Origin: an uncultured Acidimicrobiia bacterium
GTDB lineage: Bacteria; Acidobacteriota; Vicinamibacteria; Vicinamibacterales; UBA2999
Assembly: GCA_963784445.1 (NCBI GenBank)
Contig: CAWARO010000003.1
Coordinates: 669,276 to 733,275, forward strand
Direction: 5' to 3'
Length of the DNA stretch: 64,000 nucleotides
A program made the translations under genes and the position numbers. This document shows, in pieces, positions 10,626 through 20,053 of this stretch. Below the pieces are notes generated by a model. The model did no database searches. It was not told the origin of the DNA and saw only the letters and a program-made list of their open reading frames with translations. Each line of letters begins with the position of its first letter. The stretch's first letter is position 1.

Positions 10626-13080
10626 GTGACCCGTCCCCTCGGCGCCCTTCTCGTGATCTGCGCGACCGCTCTGCCGGCCGCCGCTCAACAAGGTTCCAAG
10701 CCGCCGGTCGCGCTCGCGACCTCGCACGTCTCGGCGCTGGCGCCCTCGGCGCAGGCTGAGCTCGTCAAGCAGGTCCTGCACCGGCTGTCACAACGATCGC
10801 AGCAAGGCGGGCGAGCTGACGCTGGCCAGCTGGAACGTGACCCGCGCATCGACGGATCGTGAGCTCACCGAAAAGATGATCCATAAGCTGCGCGCCGGCA
10901 TGATGCCGCCAAGCGGCGCACGGCGGCCCGCCGACGGTCAGATCACCCAGCTGGTCTCCGCGCTCGAAACGCGCATGGACGCGGCTGCGGCGGCCGATCC
11001 GAATCCGGGATGGCGGCCGTTCCAGCGATTGAACCGCGCCGAGTACTCGCGCGAGATTCGGCACCTGCTCGATCTCGACGTGGACGTGACGGCGTTCCTG
11101 CCCGCCGACACTATTAGCGACGGGTTCGACAACGTCGCCGACGTGCAGACCTTCTCGCCGACGTTGATGGAAGGCTATCTGCGGGCCGCGAGCCGCATCG
11201 CGATGCTGGCTATCGGGGATCCGGAGAGTTCGGCGACGCAGGCCACCTTCAAGTTGCCCAAGACAGCGTCGCAGATGGAGCGCGTCGACGGCGCGCCGGT
11301 CGGCACTCGCGGCGGCATCTCCGTGGACCACACCTTTGCGGCCGACGGCGACTACGTGTTCAGTATGGACTTCTTCGCCGAGCCGCTCGGCTATCTGTTT
11401 GGCAACACGCGCCCGGGCGAAGAGATCGAAGTGTCGCTCGACGGCGCGCGGCTCGCGCTGCTGCCGATTGATCCGCGTCTCAGCGAAGAGAAAACCGGCC
11501 TCACGATCAAGACGCCGGCGCTCCACGTGAGCGCCGGGACGCACCGCGTTACGGCCGCGTTCATTCAGCGCTACGAGGGCCTGATCAACGATCTGATCGC
11601 GCCGATCGATCACACGATGGCCGACACCGAGATTGGCATCGCGTTCGGCATCACCACGCTGCCGCACCTTCGCAGCCTGAGCATCGTCGGGCCGCATCGC
11701 GTCACCGGCGTGTCCGATACACCCAGCCGGCGCAGGGTGTTCTCGTGCCGGCCAATGTCACAAGCCGACGAAGCCACCTGCGCCGGCGACATCGTCGGGC
11801 GAATGGCGACGCAGGCGTTTCGGCGGCCGGTCAGCGAGAAGGATCACGCGCGCCTGATGACGTTCTATGCGCGCGGCCGGAAGGAAAAGAATTTCGAGTT
11901 CGGCATCACCAAGGCCCTCGAAGCGATCCTGGCGAGCCCGCAATTCCTGTTGCGCGTGGAGGAAACACCTCGCCTTCGCGCTGCGAGCGCCGCCGAGGCA
12001 GGCTCGCTAGTCGCGCCTTATCTCCTCGGTGATTACGAGCTCGCGTCGCGGCTGTCGTTCTTCCTGATGGGCACCGGGCCTGATGCGGAGCTGCTGAAAC
12101 TCGCTGGACAAGGCCGCCTGGGACTGCCGGGCGCGATGTCGAAACAGGCCAAGCGTCTGCTGACGCTGCCGCGTGCCGATGCGCTCGCCACGCGGTTCGC
12201 CTCGCAGTGGCTGCGACTGCAGGATCTCGAGCGCGTGATTCCAGATCCGATCCTCTATCCGTACTCCGATCAGACGTTGTCGCTCGCCTTGAAGAAGGAA
12301 ACCGAGCTGTTCTTCGACAGCCTCGTGCGCGAGGACCGCAGCCTGCTCGATCTGCTGACCGCCGACTACACGTTCGTGAACGAGCGAATCGCCCGGCATT
12401 ACGGGATTGCGAACGTGACCGGCGCCGAATTCCGGCGCGTGACGCTGCCCGAGGATCGCCGCGGGATTCTCGGTCAGGGCAGCGTCCTGACGCTGACCTC
12501 GATCGCGGATCGCACGTCGCCGGTGATGCGCGGCAAGTGGGTGATGGAGGTGCTCCTTGGATCACCGCCTCCGCCACCGCCGCCGAACGTGCCGGCCCTC
12601 GAAGAGACCAAGGGCACGAGCGACACCGGCCGCGCGCTCTCCGTGCGTGAACGGATGGAGCAGCATCGCAGCAATCCGCAGTGCACCTCGTGCCACCGCG
12701 TGATCGATCCGCTGGGCCTGGCGCTCGAAAACTTCGACGCCACCGGCAAATGGCGCATTCGCGACGGCGGCATGACGGTCGATACTTCCGGGCAGCTGTT
12801 CGACGGCACCTCAATCGCGGGGCCGGCGGGACTGCGCGAGGCGTTGTTGAGACACAAAGACGTGGTGCTGCTCAGTTTCACGCGCAGCCTGATGACCTAT
12901 GCGCTCGGACGCCGCATCGAGGCCGCCGACATGCCGGTGGTGCGACGCATCATCCGCAGCGCCGAGGCGCAGCAGTACCGCATCAGCGCCTTCGTGACCG
13001 GCATCGTGGAATCGGACGCGTTCCGGATGGCAAAGCTGCCGTCATCGCAGCGCCAGCAGACGACGGATGTTGCGAGGTAG
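10626..13080 (+). CDS. PSCyt/DUF1592-DUF1588 family haem-motif protein; frame interrupted near 10773
   Basis: A GTG-started signal peptide (VTRPLGALLVICATALPAAAQQ) is in one frame. CTGCHNDRSKAGELTLASW and the 747-aa body (second motif CTSCHRVIDPLG) are in the +1 frame. Confidence 0.8.
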
Positions 13081-13121
13081 TGCGTCGGGGCGGGACTTCA
13101 GGACTTTAGCGGGTACGTCAG

Positions 13122-13143
13122 GGGCGGGACTTTAGTCCCGCCC
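13122..13143 (+). terminator. GC-rich hairpin GGGCGGGAC-TTTA-GTCCCGCCC
   Basis: Perfect 9-bp stem between the DUF1592 and DUF1552 genes. GGGGCGGGACTT is also repeated directly at 13087. No U-tract, so terminator function is uncertain. Confidence 0.4.
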
Positions 13144-13147
13144 GCCA

Positions 13148-14545
13148 GTGACTGAGGAATCGATGCTGATCACGCGAAAAAATCTTTCTCGCCGCACGAT
13201 GCTCAAAGGGTTGGGCGCCACCGTGGCGCTGCCATTCCTGGATGCGATGTTGCCGGCGGGTGTCGCCGCGCAGAGCGGGCGCAAACCGATTCGCCTCATC
13301 GCGATGGAAATGGTGCACGGCGCGGCGGGGAGCACCGCGTACGGCATCAAGCGGAACATGTGGTCTCCTGCGGCGGCCGGTTCGGCATTCGATCTGAGCC
13401 CGACCAGCCTCAAGTCGCTCGAGCCCTACCGCGACTACCTCACGATTGTCAGCAACACCGACGTGCGGAACGCCGAAGCCTTCGCCGCCTCAGAGATCGG
13501 CGCCGATCACTTCCGTTCGGCGGCCGTGTTCCTCACGCAATCGAAGCCGAAGCAGACGCAGGGCTCGGACGTCTACGCCGGCACGTCGTTCGATCAGATC
13601 TATGCCCAGAAATTTGGCGACGCCACGCCGATTCCGTCGATGCAGCTCTGCATCGAAAACGTCGATCAGGCCGGCGGCTGCTCCTACAACTACTCCTGCG
13701 TTTACACCGACACCATCAGCTGGGCGACGCCCGAAGATCCGCTGCCGATGATCCGCGACCCGCGCGCGGTGTTCGATCAACTGTTCGGCGTCGGCGCCAC
13801 GCCCGAAGCGCGTCGCGCCCGCCGGAAAGACGATCAGAGCATCCTCGACTGGGTCACCGAGTCGGTGGCCGATCTCCGCGGCAAGCTGGGCCCCGCCGAT
13901 CGGGCGCGGCTGTCGGATTACCTGGAGGACGTGCGCGAGATCGAACGCCGCATCCAGAAGGTGGAGCAGTCGAACCAGACCGGCGAGCCGCGCGAGCTGC
14001 CCGGCGCGCCCGTTGGTGTGCCGGATTCGTTCGAAGAGCACGTCAAGCTGATGTTCGATCTGCAGGCGGTGGCGTTTGCCGCCGACACCACGCGCATCTT
14101 CTCGTTCAAGTTCAGCCGTGATGTGTCGAATCGCGTGTTTGCCACCAGCGGCTCGACCGCGCCGTTCCACACCGGATCGCATCACCTCGATCGCGACGAG
14201 CGGATCGCCGACTTCCAGAAGATCAACACGTATCACGTGGGCCTCGTCCCGTACCTGCTCGACAAGCTGAAGAAGATTCCGGACGGCGACGGCAACGTGC
14301 TCGACAACTCGCTGCTCATCTACGGCTCGGCGATGGGCAACTCGAACCTGCACAATCACAAGCGGTGCCCGCTGTTCCTGGTGGGCCACGCCGGCGGCAT
14401 GCTGAAGGGGAACCGCCACCTGCGCGCCGACGATGGCACACCGATGGCGAACGCGATGCTCGCGGCGCTGCAGGGCCTTGGCGTCGACATCAGCCAGTTC
14501 GGCGACAGCACCACGCCAATGGATCTCAACGTGGTGCAATCGTGA
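13148..14545 (+). CDS. DUF1552 domain protein with twin-arginine signal
   Basis: 465 aa. N-terminus LSRRTMLKGLGATVALPFLDAML is typical of the DUF1552 partner of DUF1592 proteins. Confidence 0.85.
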   Translation: MTEESMLITRKNLSRRTMLKGLGATVALPFLDAMLPAGVAAQSGRKPIRLIAMEMVHGAAGSTAYGIKRNMWSPAAAGSAFDLSPTSLKSLEPYRDYLTIVSNTDVRNAEAFAASEIGADHFRSAAVFLTQSKPKQTQGSDVYAGTSFDQIYAQKFGDATPIPSMQLCIENVDQAGGCSYNYSCVYTDTISWATPEDPLPMIRDPRAVFDQLFGVGATPEARRARRKDDQSILDWVTESVADLRGKLGPADRARLSDYLEDVREIERRIQKVEQSNQTGEPRELPGAPVGVPDSFEEHVKLMFDLQAVAFAADTTRIFSFKFSRDVSNRVFATSGSTAPFHTGSHHLDRDERIADFQKINTYHVGLVPYLLDKLKKIPDGDGNVLDNSLLIYGSAMGNSNLHNHKRCPLFLVGHAGGMLKGNRHLRADDGTPMANAMLAALQGLGVDISQFGDSTTPMDLNVVQS

Positions 14546-16182
14546 AGGGACTTGTCGTCGCGCTGGCAGTGGTCTTGGCCACGGCCGGTCTTTACGCGAA
14601 CACCACGGTCGCCGACGCTGCCAAGGCGCGCGATGCGGCGGCAGTGAAAGCGCTGCTGCAGAAGGGCGTCGATGTCAACGAGGCGCACGGCGACGGCATG
14701 ACCGCGCTGCACTGGGCCGCCTCGCACGGCGATGCCGTGCTCGCGCAGATGCTGCTGTCGGCCGGCGCGAATATCCGGGCCACGACGCGCCTGGGCGGCA
14801 TTACGGCGCTGCACATGGCCAGCCAGAGTGGGCACGCGAACGTCGTGGCGGCATTGATTGCCGCGGGCGCCGATGCCAACACCATCACCTCGACCGGCGC
14901 GACGGCCGTGATGCTGGCCGCGCGTGCCGGCAGCAGCGACACGGTGACGCGGCTCGTCGAAACCGGCGCCGACGTCAACATCAAGGAAAAGGCGTTTGGG
15001 CAGACGGCATTGATGATCGCGGCCGGCCTCGATCGCGCCGACGTGGTGCGCCTGCTGCTTGCCCGCGGCGCCGACTGGAAAGCGGCCTCGTCGGTGGCGG
15101 ATCTGAAAGTGCTGACCGCACCAATTGAGGAGGGGGGGCCTCGTGGCGGCGGGGGAGCCGCTGCCAACGCCGTCCCCGGCGTGACGCGGCCGTATCGCTA
15201 CAACGAATATATCGGCACGCAGGGTGGCTTGACGGCGCTCCACTTCGCCGCGCGCCAGGGCAGCGCGGCGGCCGCGCGCGCGCTCGTCGAGGGCGGCGCC
15301 GATGTGAACTTGGCGAGCCCCGGCGATCGCGCCACTCCGCTCTTGATTGCGCTGATCAACGGCCACTTCGATCTCGGCGCGATGCTGCTCGAGAAGGGCG
15401 CGGACCCCAACCTGCTGAGCCAGGCCGGCGTGTCGCCGCTCTATGCAACGTTGAACGTCCAGTGGGCGCCGATCGCGGCCTACCCGCAGCCGCGGGCGCA
15501 TCTGCAGCAGACGCGAACCTATCTCGACGTGATGAAGATGCTCCTCGAACGCGGCGCGGATCCAAACGCGCGCGTGCGCCACAAGGTGTGGTACTCCGGC
15601 TACAACTTCGATCAATCCGGCGTGGACGAAGCCGGGGCTACGGCATTCTGGCGCGCGGCCTATGCGGCCGACATTGCCGCGATGAAGCTGCTGGTATCAT
15701 CGGGTGCAGACCCCTCGATTCCCACCACCAAGCTGTTCTCGAGGCGCGGCCCGGAGGATCCGGTGGCCGGCAGGGACAAGTCAGGACTGCCGACGCTGCC
15801 CGTTGGCGGACCGGGCGCTACACCGCTCCACGCCGCGGCGGGACCCGGGTATGCGATGGGATTTGCCGGCAACTCGCATCACGTGGCGCCGGCCGGCATG
15901 CTGCCGGCCGTCAAGTATCTCGTCGAGGAACTGGGCGCCAACGTCAACGCTGTTGATCACGAAGGCAATACCGCGGTGCACCACGCCGCGTCGCGCGGCG
16001 ACAACGCGATGATCGAATTCCTGGTCGCGAAGGGCGCCGACGTGAAGAAGATCAATCGTTCCGGTCAAACGACAATCGACGTAGCGAACGGGCCGGTGCA
16101 GCGAACGCAGCCCTATCCGGACACTATCAAGCTGCTCGCCAGCCTGGGAGCGATCAACAACAATAAATGCGTGTCGTGCTAA
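14542..16182 (+). CDS. secreted ankyrin-repeat protein
   Basis: GTG start overlaps the DUF1552 stop (GTGA). Signal-like N-terminus VKGLVVALAVVLATAGL. Multiple G-TALH-AA--G ankyrin repeats. Ends in CVSC. Confidence 0.85.
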   Translation: MKGLVVALAVVLATAGLYANTTVADAAKARDAAAVKALLQKGVDVNEAHGDGMTALHWAASHGDAVLAQMLLSAGANIRATTRLGGITALHMASQSGHANVVAALIAAGADANTITSTGATAVMLAARAGSSDTVTRLVETGADVNIKEKAFGQTALMIAAGLDRADVVRLLLARGADWKAASSVADLKVLTAPIEEGGPRGGGGAAANAVPGVTRPYRYNEYIGTQGGLTALHFAARQGSAAAARALVEGGADVNLASPGDRATPLLIALINGHFDLGAMLLEKGADPNLLSQAGVSPLYATLNVQWAPIAAYPQPRAHLQQTRTYLDVMKMLLERGADPNARVRHKVWYSGYNFDQSGVDEAGATAFWRAAYAADIAAMKLLVSSGADPSIPTTKLFSRRGPEDPVAGRDKSGLPTLPVGGPGATPLHAAAGPGYAMGFAGNSHHVAPAGMLPAVKYLVEELGANVNAVDHEGNTAVHHAASRGDNAMIEFLVAKGADVKKINRSGQTTIDVANGPVQRTQPYPDTIKLLASLGAINNNKCVSC

Positions 16183-17102
16183 CGAGCTAACGCCGCTTGT
16201 GCGGCGTCGGCTTGTTCGTGAGCGTGATAGGAGCTACGGACGAGCGGGCCTGCCTCGACGTGCACAAAGCCCAGGCCCATCGCAATTCGCTTGAGCTCGC
16301 GGAATTCATCGGGATGGTAGTAGCGCGTCATCACCGCGTGGTTCTCTGACGGGCGCAGGTACTGGCCAAGCGTCAAGATCGAGACACCCACCTCGCGCAG
16401 ATCCTTGAACACCTGGACGACCTCGTCTTGCTCCTCGCCGAGCCCCATCATCATGCCGGTCTTGGTCGGAATGTCTGGCGCATACTTGCGGGAGCGATCG
16501 AGCAGTTCGAGCAGGCGTGAGTACTTGCCGCCCGAGCGGACCGCGCGATAGAGGCGCGGGACGGTCTCCGTGTTGTGGTTCAACACGTCGGGCCGAGCGT
16601 CGAGAACGGTCTGAAGGGATGCCGCCTCACCTCTGAAATCCGGGATCAGCACTTCGACACGGCAGTCGGGGAGCCGCCGCTTGATGTCGCGAATGGTCTC
16701 CGCAAAAATGGACGCACCGCCATCCGGCAAATCATCGCGGTCCACGGACGTGATCACCGCGTACTTCAAGGTCATCTTCTCGACCGCCTCGCCAACGCGG
16801 CGCGGCTCGTCGATGTCGAGCGTGACCGGCTTACCGTGCGCCACCGCGCAGTAGGTGCAGGCGCGGGTGCAGATGTCGCCGAGGATCATGAAGGTGGCCG
16901 TGCCGTGATGCCAGCACTCGCCGATGTTGGGGCAGTGCGCGTCCTCGCACACCGTGTTGAGCTTGAGGTCGCGCATGATGCCGCGCAGGCGCAGGTAGTT
17001 CTCCGACCCCGGCGCGCGGACCTTCAGCCACTCCGGCTTCGGTTCACGCGGTTTCACGAAATGCAGCGACGCCTCAACCATCTGATCCAAGTGTATCTTC
17101 AC
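16179..17102 (-). CDS. lipA: lipoyl synthase
   Basis: 307 aa. CEDAHCPNIGEC and the radical-SAM CTRACTYC motif. An alternative ATG start lies at 17081. Confidence 0.93.
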   Translation of the reverse strand: MKIHLDQMVEASLHFVKPREPKPEWLKVRAPGSENYLRLRGIMRDLKLNTVCEDAHCPNIGECWHHGTATFMILGDICTRACTYCAVAHGKPVTLDIDEPRRVGEAVEKMTLKYAVITSVDRDDLPDGGASIFAETIRDIKRRLPDCRVEVLIPDFRGEAASLQTVLDARPDVLNHNTETVPRLYRAVRSGGKYSRLLELLDRSRKYAPDIPTKTGMMMGLGEEQDEVVQVFKDLREVGVSILTLGQYLRPSENHAVMTRYYHPDEFRELKRIAMGLGFVHVEAGPLVRSSYHAHEQADAAQAALAR

Positions 17103-17157
17103 AGAAGAAAAGAAGAAAAGGAGATACGGAACAGCCTATATTTCTTCCTTTCTTCTG
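17102..17157. repeat. purine-rich palindromic element (CAGAAGAAAAGAAGAAA / TTTCTTCCTTTCTTCTG)
   Basis: 17-bp stem with one A.C mismatch and a 22-nt loop, in the divergent lipA / MBL-hydrolase intergenic region. Related to the element at 63717. Confidence 0.65.
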
Positions 17158-17178
17158 TTCTCCTGTGAGGTCTTGCTC

Positions 17179-17871
17179 ATGCAGACATTGGCCATCACGT
17201 GGCTGGGTCACAGTTCGTTTCGCGTTCGCACACCAGGGGGCAAAGAAATCCTGTTCGACCCTTGGTACACAGGCAATCCGTCCTTCGTCGAATCGTCGCG
17301 GCCAAAGTCGGCCGATCTCATTCTCGTGTCGCACGGCCACAGCGATCACATTACCGACGCCGTGGCGATGGCCAGGCAGACCGGCGCCATCGTGGTCGGC
17401 ATCTGGGAGGTCACCTCGTGGCTCGGCTCCAAGGGCGTGCAGCACGTCGAGCCGATGAACAAGGGCGGCACGATCACCAGCAAAGGCTTGCGCATCACCA
17501 TGACCGATGCGCGCCACAGCAGCAGTATCGACAAGGACTTGACGTATCTCGGTGAGGCTGCCGGCTTCGTCGTGAAACTCGAGAACGACCAGACGATTTA
17601 CTACGCGGGCGATACCTCGCTGTTCGGCGACATGAAACTAATCGGCGAGCTCTACAAACCCGATATCGCGTTTCTGCCGATCGGCGATCGCTTCACGATG
17701 GGGCCCGACACTGCGGCCATGGCCGCGCAGTGGCTGGGCGTGAAACAAGTGGTGCCGATGCACTACGGCACATTCCCGCTGCTCACGGGCACACCCTATC
17801 AACTGGAACAGCATCTCAAGGGCACGGGGATTGAGGTTCTGAAGCTGCAGCCCGGTGAAACGGCGCAGTAG
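17179..17871 (+). CDS. metallo-beta-lactamase-fold hydrolase (UPF0173-like)
   Basis: MQTLAITWLGHSSF N-terminus and the HGHSDH motif. The track ORF starts 6 nt earlier at a TTG. Confidence 0.85.
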   Translation: MQTLAITWLGHSSFRVRTPGGKEILFDPWYTGNPSFVESSRPKSADLILVSHGHSDHITDAVAMARQTGAIVVGIWEVTSWLGSKGVQHVEPMNKGGTITSKGLRITMTDARHSSSIDKDLTYLGEAAGFVVKLENDQTIYYAGDTSLFGDMKLIGELYKPDIAFLPIGDRFTMGPDTAAMAAQWLGVKQVVPMHYGTFPLLTGTPYQLEQHLKGTGIEVLKLQPGETAQ

Positions 17872-17922
17872 GCCACCGATTCACGCCGATTAGGCACTGA
17901 TCAATCGGCGTCAATCGGTGGC
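17872..17922. terminator. long hairpin between convergent genes
   Basis: GCCACCGATTCACGCCGATT, an 11-nt loop, then AATCGGCGTCAATCGGTGGC. This is a 20-bp stem with one mismatch. Confidence 0.6.
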
Positions 17923-19982
17923 TAGAGCGACGTCCGGAACTTCTTCGCCGAGCCCGCCGAGCGATGGAGCGCGAGCCGGATGTCCTGCACCGGACGGTTG
18001 AGGATCACGCTCAGTGTCGCCAGCAGCGTGCCAGGGTCGTCATCGAGGTCGCCGTGGCGGCGCGCGGCGACCGGCCGGTCCTCCTTGGATTCGGCGATCA
18101 TCGGCGCCGGAGAAAACATCCACGTGACGGATTTCCGGCGAGCAAGACGCATGAACTCGGGATATCCCGCGCGGTCCGCCTCAGGGATGACGAACCTGGC
18201 CATGCCCATGATTTCCGTCCCGTCGGAGTCGCCGGGCACGCGCGGCTCCTCTTCGAGCGCACTGGAAACCAGGTGGAGCAGAGACTTGCGGTAGATGCTC
18301 GCGACGTTGTCGCCGGCCTCCGCGTCTTCGGTCAGCGTGATCATCAGGAATTCGCGGATGCGCCGGTCCTCGATCGCGTCGAAGTAGGCCTCGTGAAACA
18401 GGTCAGTGGTGCACGCCGGCGCCCAAAGCGTGCAGGAACGCACCGTCACGCCCAGCCCCTTGCGACCCTTCATCGGGCCCGACGTGATCTTGCCCCGGCT
18501 GGTCAGCAACTGCACGGCCGGCGCGAGCAGGATCGCGCCGGCGCTGTGTCCGACGAGGTGCACCTCCACCGTCGGGTCGCGCTTCACCAGCCGGGCCACG
18601 CGATCCAGCGTGAGGCGCACGCCGCCGTCCGCGAGCGCCGTCGCCTGCTGGGCGGTGCGCTTGATGTCATCCCACTGCACCTTGCCGCCTTCCTGCCGCG
18701 CCGCCGGTTCGAGGCCGTCATCGAGCCGGTCGAGCATGAAGTCGGATTGCGCGCTGACCGTCGAATCGTGCTGGCGCTCGGCCAGGGCACGCCGCAGCAC
18801 CGCGCTGATTCTGTCCCAGAAGCCCGTGCGCCAGACGAACACGACCGGATAGACGCCGTGTCCCATCAACGATGCGCGATAGTCAGCGGCGCGCTGGATC
18901 GTTGCGTCGAGCGAGCCGAGCCCGCCGCCCGCATACAAGAGCAGCCGCTTCTTTTTCTTCCACGACTTTGTCGCCCTGGCAAAGTCCTCCTCGAAGAGCG
19001 TGTCGAGATCGTCGACAGACGTGCCGTACGAGTCGTTCGACTGAAGATGTCCGTCTTGATGAATGCGCACGAGATGCTGCCGCAAGTCCCGGACGACGTG
19101 AATCTTGGACGATGCGTACGCCGACGCCGTGATCTGCGCGGCGGAAGACACGTCTTGAAGGGACGTCGGCACGCCGAGACGGGCGACCCACACGTCGAGG
19201 CCATGCCTCAGCCAGTCGTCGTACCGCAGGTGACCGAATCCACCAGCTCCCCATGCCGGCCCCCAGCTGTTCTGGATCCAGAAGCCGCGCTGGTCGTAGG
19301 CGACGATGGCCACCGCGTGCGACCCGAGGACCTTGTCCGACGGCGTGATCTCGCCGTCCTTCCGCTTCGCCGCGGGCCATCCCTTGTGCACGTTGACCAC
19401 CGCGTAGAGGACGCCGACCTCGGCCAGGGCGCAGTGCATCGCCACCAGATCCTTGTGGTTCACGCGAAAGTACGCGCCGAGCGTTCGGCTGGCCGCGTCG
19501 GCGGCGCGGGCCGCGGTCAGGCGGCGATCCTGGCGCGCTTCGCGGAACGGCCACAATTCCTGGCGGCAGACGCCGTGGACGTGCCATCCGCGCATCGCGC
19601 CGCGCGCGCTCGAGCCGAGGTAGTTCTCGCCCGTGTAGTCGTCATAGCGTCGCGCCATCTCGAACAGCATGGCTTCGCTGACGCAGGAGTGATCGGGATG
19701 GATCGCGCGATGTCGCAACAGGTAATGAACCACGGTGGCCAGCGCGAAGCCCGTGCACGCCCATGCCGTCGAGTGCGGTCGCGCGCCGGTGGCGCGCAGC
19801 TTCTTGCGCACCTGGGCCTCGCTTGACGCGTGACCGAGTTGATTGAGGACCGGGACGTTGACCTGCTGATAGACCGCTAGCGGAATCTCGCTTGGCACCT
19901 CGATCAGGGTCGGCTGGAAGATGCGGTCACGAAAATCGAGCGAGTCGGGCCGGACGAAGAAGCCGAGGTCTGGATTGCTCAT
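17922..19982 (-). CDS. C1 (papain-like) peptidase domain fused to an alpha/beta-hydrolase domain
   Basis: Internal ATG at 19982 gives 686 aa. N-terminal half has LDFRDR, catalytic-Cys context WACTGFALA, GSHAVAIVAYD and IQNSWGPAWG. C-terminal half has the GxSxG motif VGHSAG. Confidence 0.75.
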   Translation of the reverse strand: MSNPDLGFFVRPDSLDFRDRIFQPTLIEVPSEIPLAVYQQVNVPVLNQLGHASSEAQVRKKLRATGARPHSTAWACTGFALATVVHYLLRHRAIHPDHSCVSEAMLFEMARRYDDYTGENYLGSSARGAMRGWHVHGVCRQELWPFREARQDRRLTAARAADAASRTLGAYFRVNHKDLVAMHCALAEVGVLYAVVNVHKGWPAAKRKDGEITPSDKVLGSHAVAIVAYDQRGFWIQNSWGPAWGAGGFGHLRYDDWLRHGLDVWVARLGVPTSLQDVSSAAQITASAYASSKIHVVRDLRQHLVRIHQDGHLQSNDSYGTSVDDLDTLFEEDFARATKSWKKKKRLLLYAGGGLGSLDATIQRAADYRASLMGHGVYPVVFVWRTGFWDRISAVLRRALAERQHDSTVSAQSDFMLDRLDDGLEPAARQEGGKVQWDDIKRTAQQATALADGGVRLTLDRVARLVKRDPTVEVHLVGHSAGAILLAPAVQLLTSRGKITSGPMKGRKGLGVTVRSCTLWAPACTTDLFHEAYFDAIEDRRIREFLMITLTEDAEAGDNVASIYRKSLLHLVSSALEEEPRVPGDSDGTEIMGMARFVIPEADRAGYPEFMRLARRKSVTWMFSPAPMIAESKEDRPVAARRHGDLDDDPGTLLATLSVILNRPVQDIRLALHRSAGSAKKFRTSL

Positions 19983-20053
19983 GACACGAGTTTCGGAGCG
20001 TCGCACGACCGGTTCGGGCGCATCATCGGGGCGGGCGATAGTAGCATGCCGCC

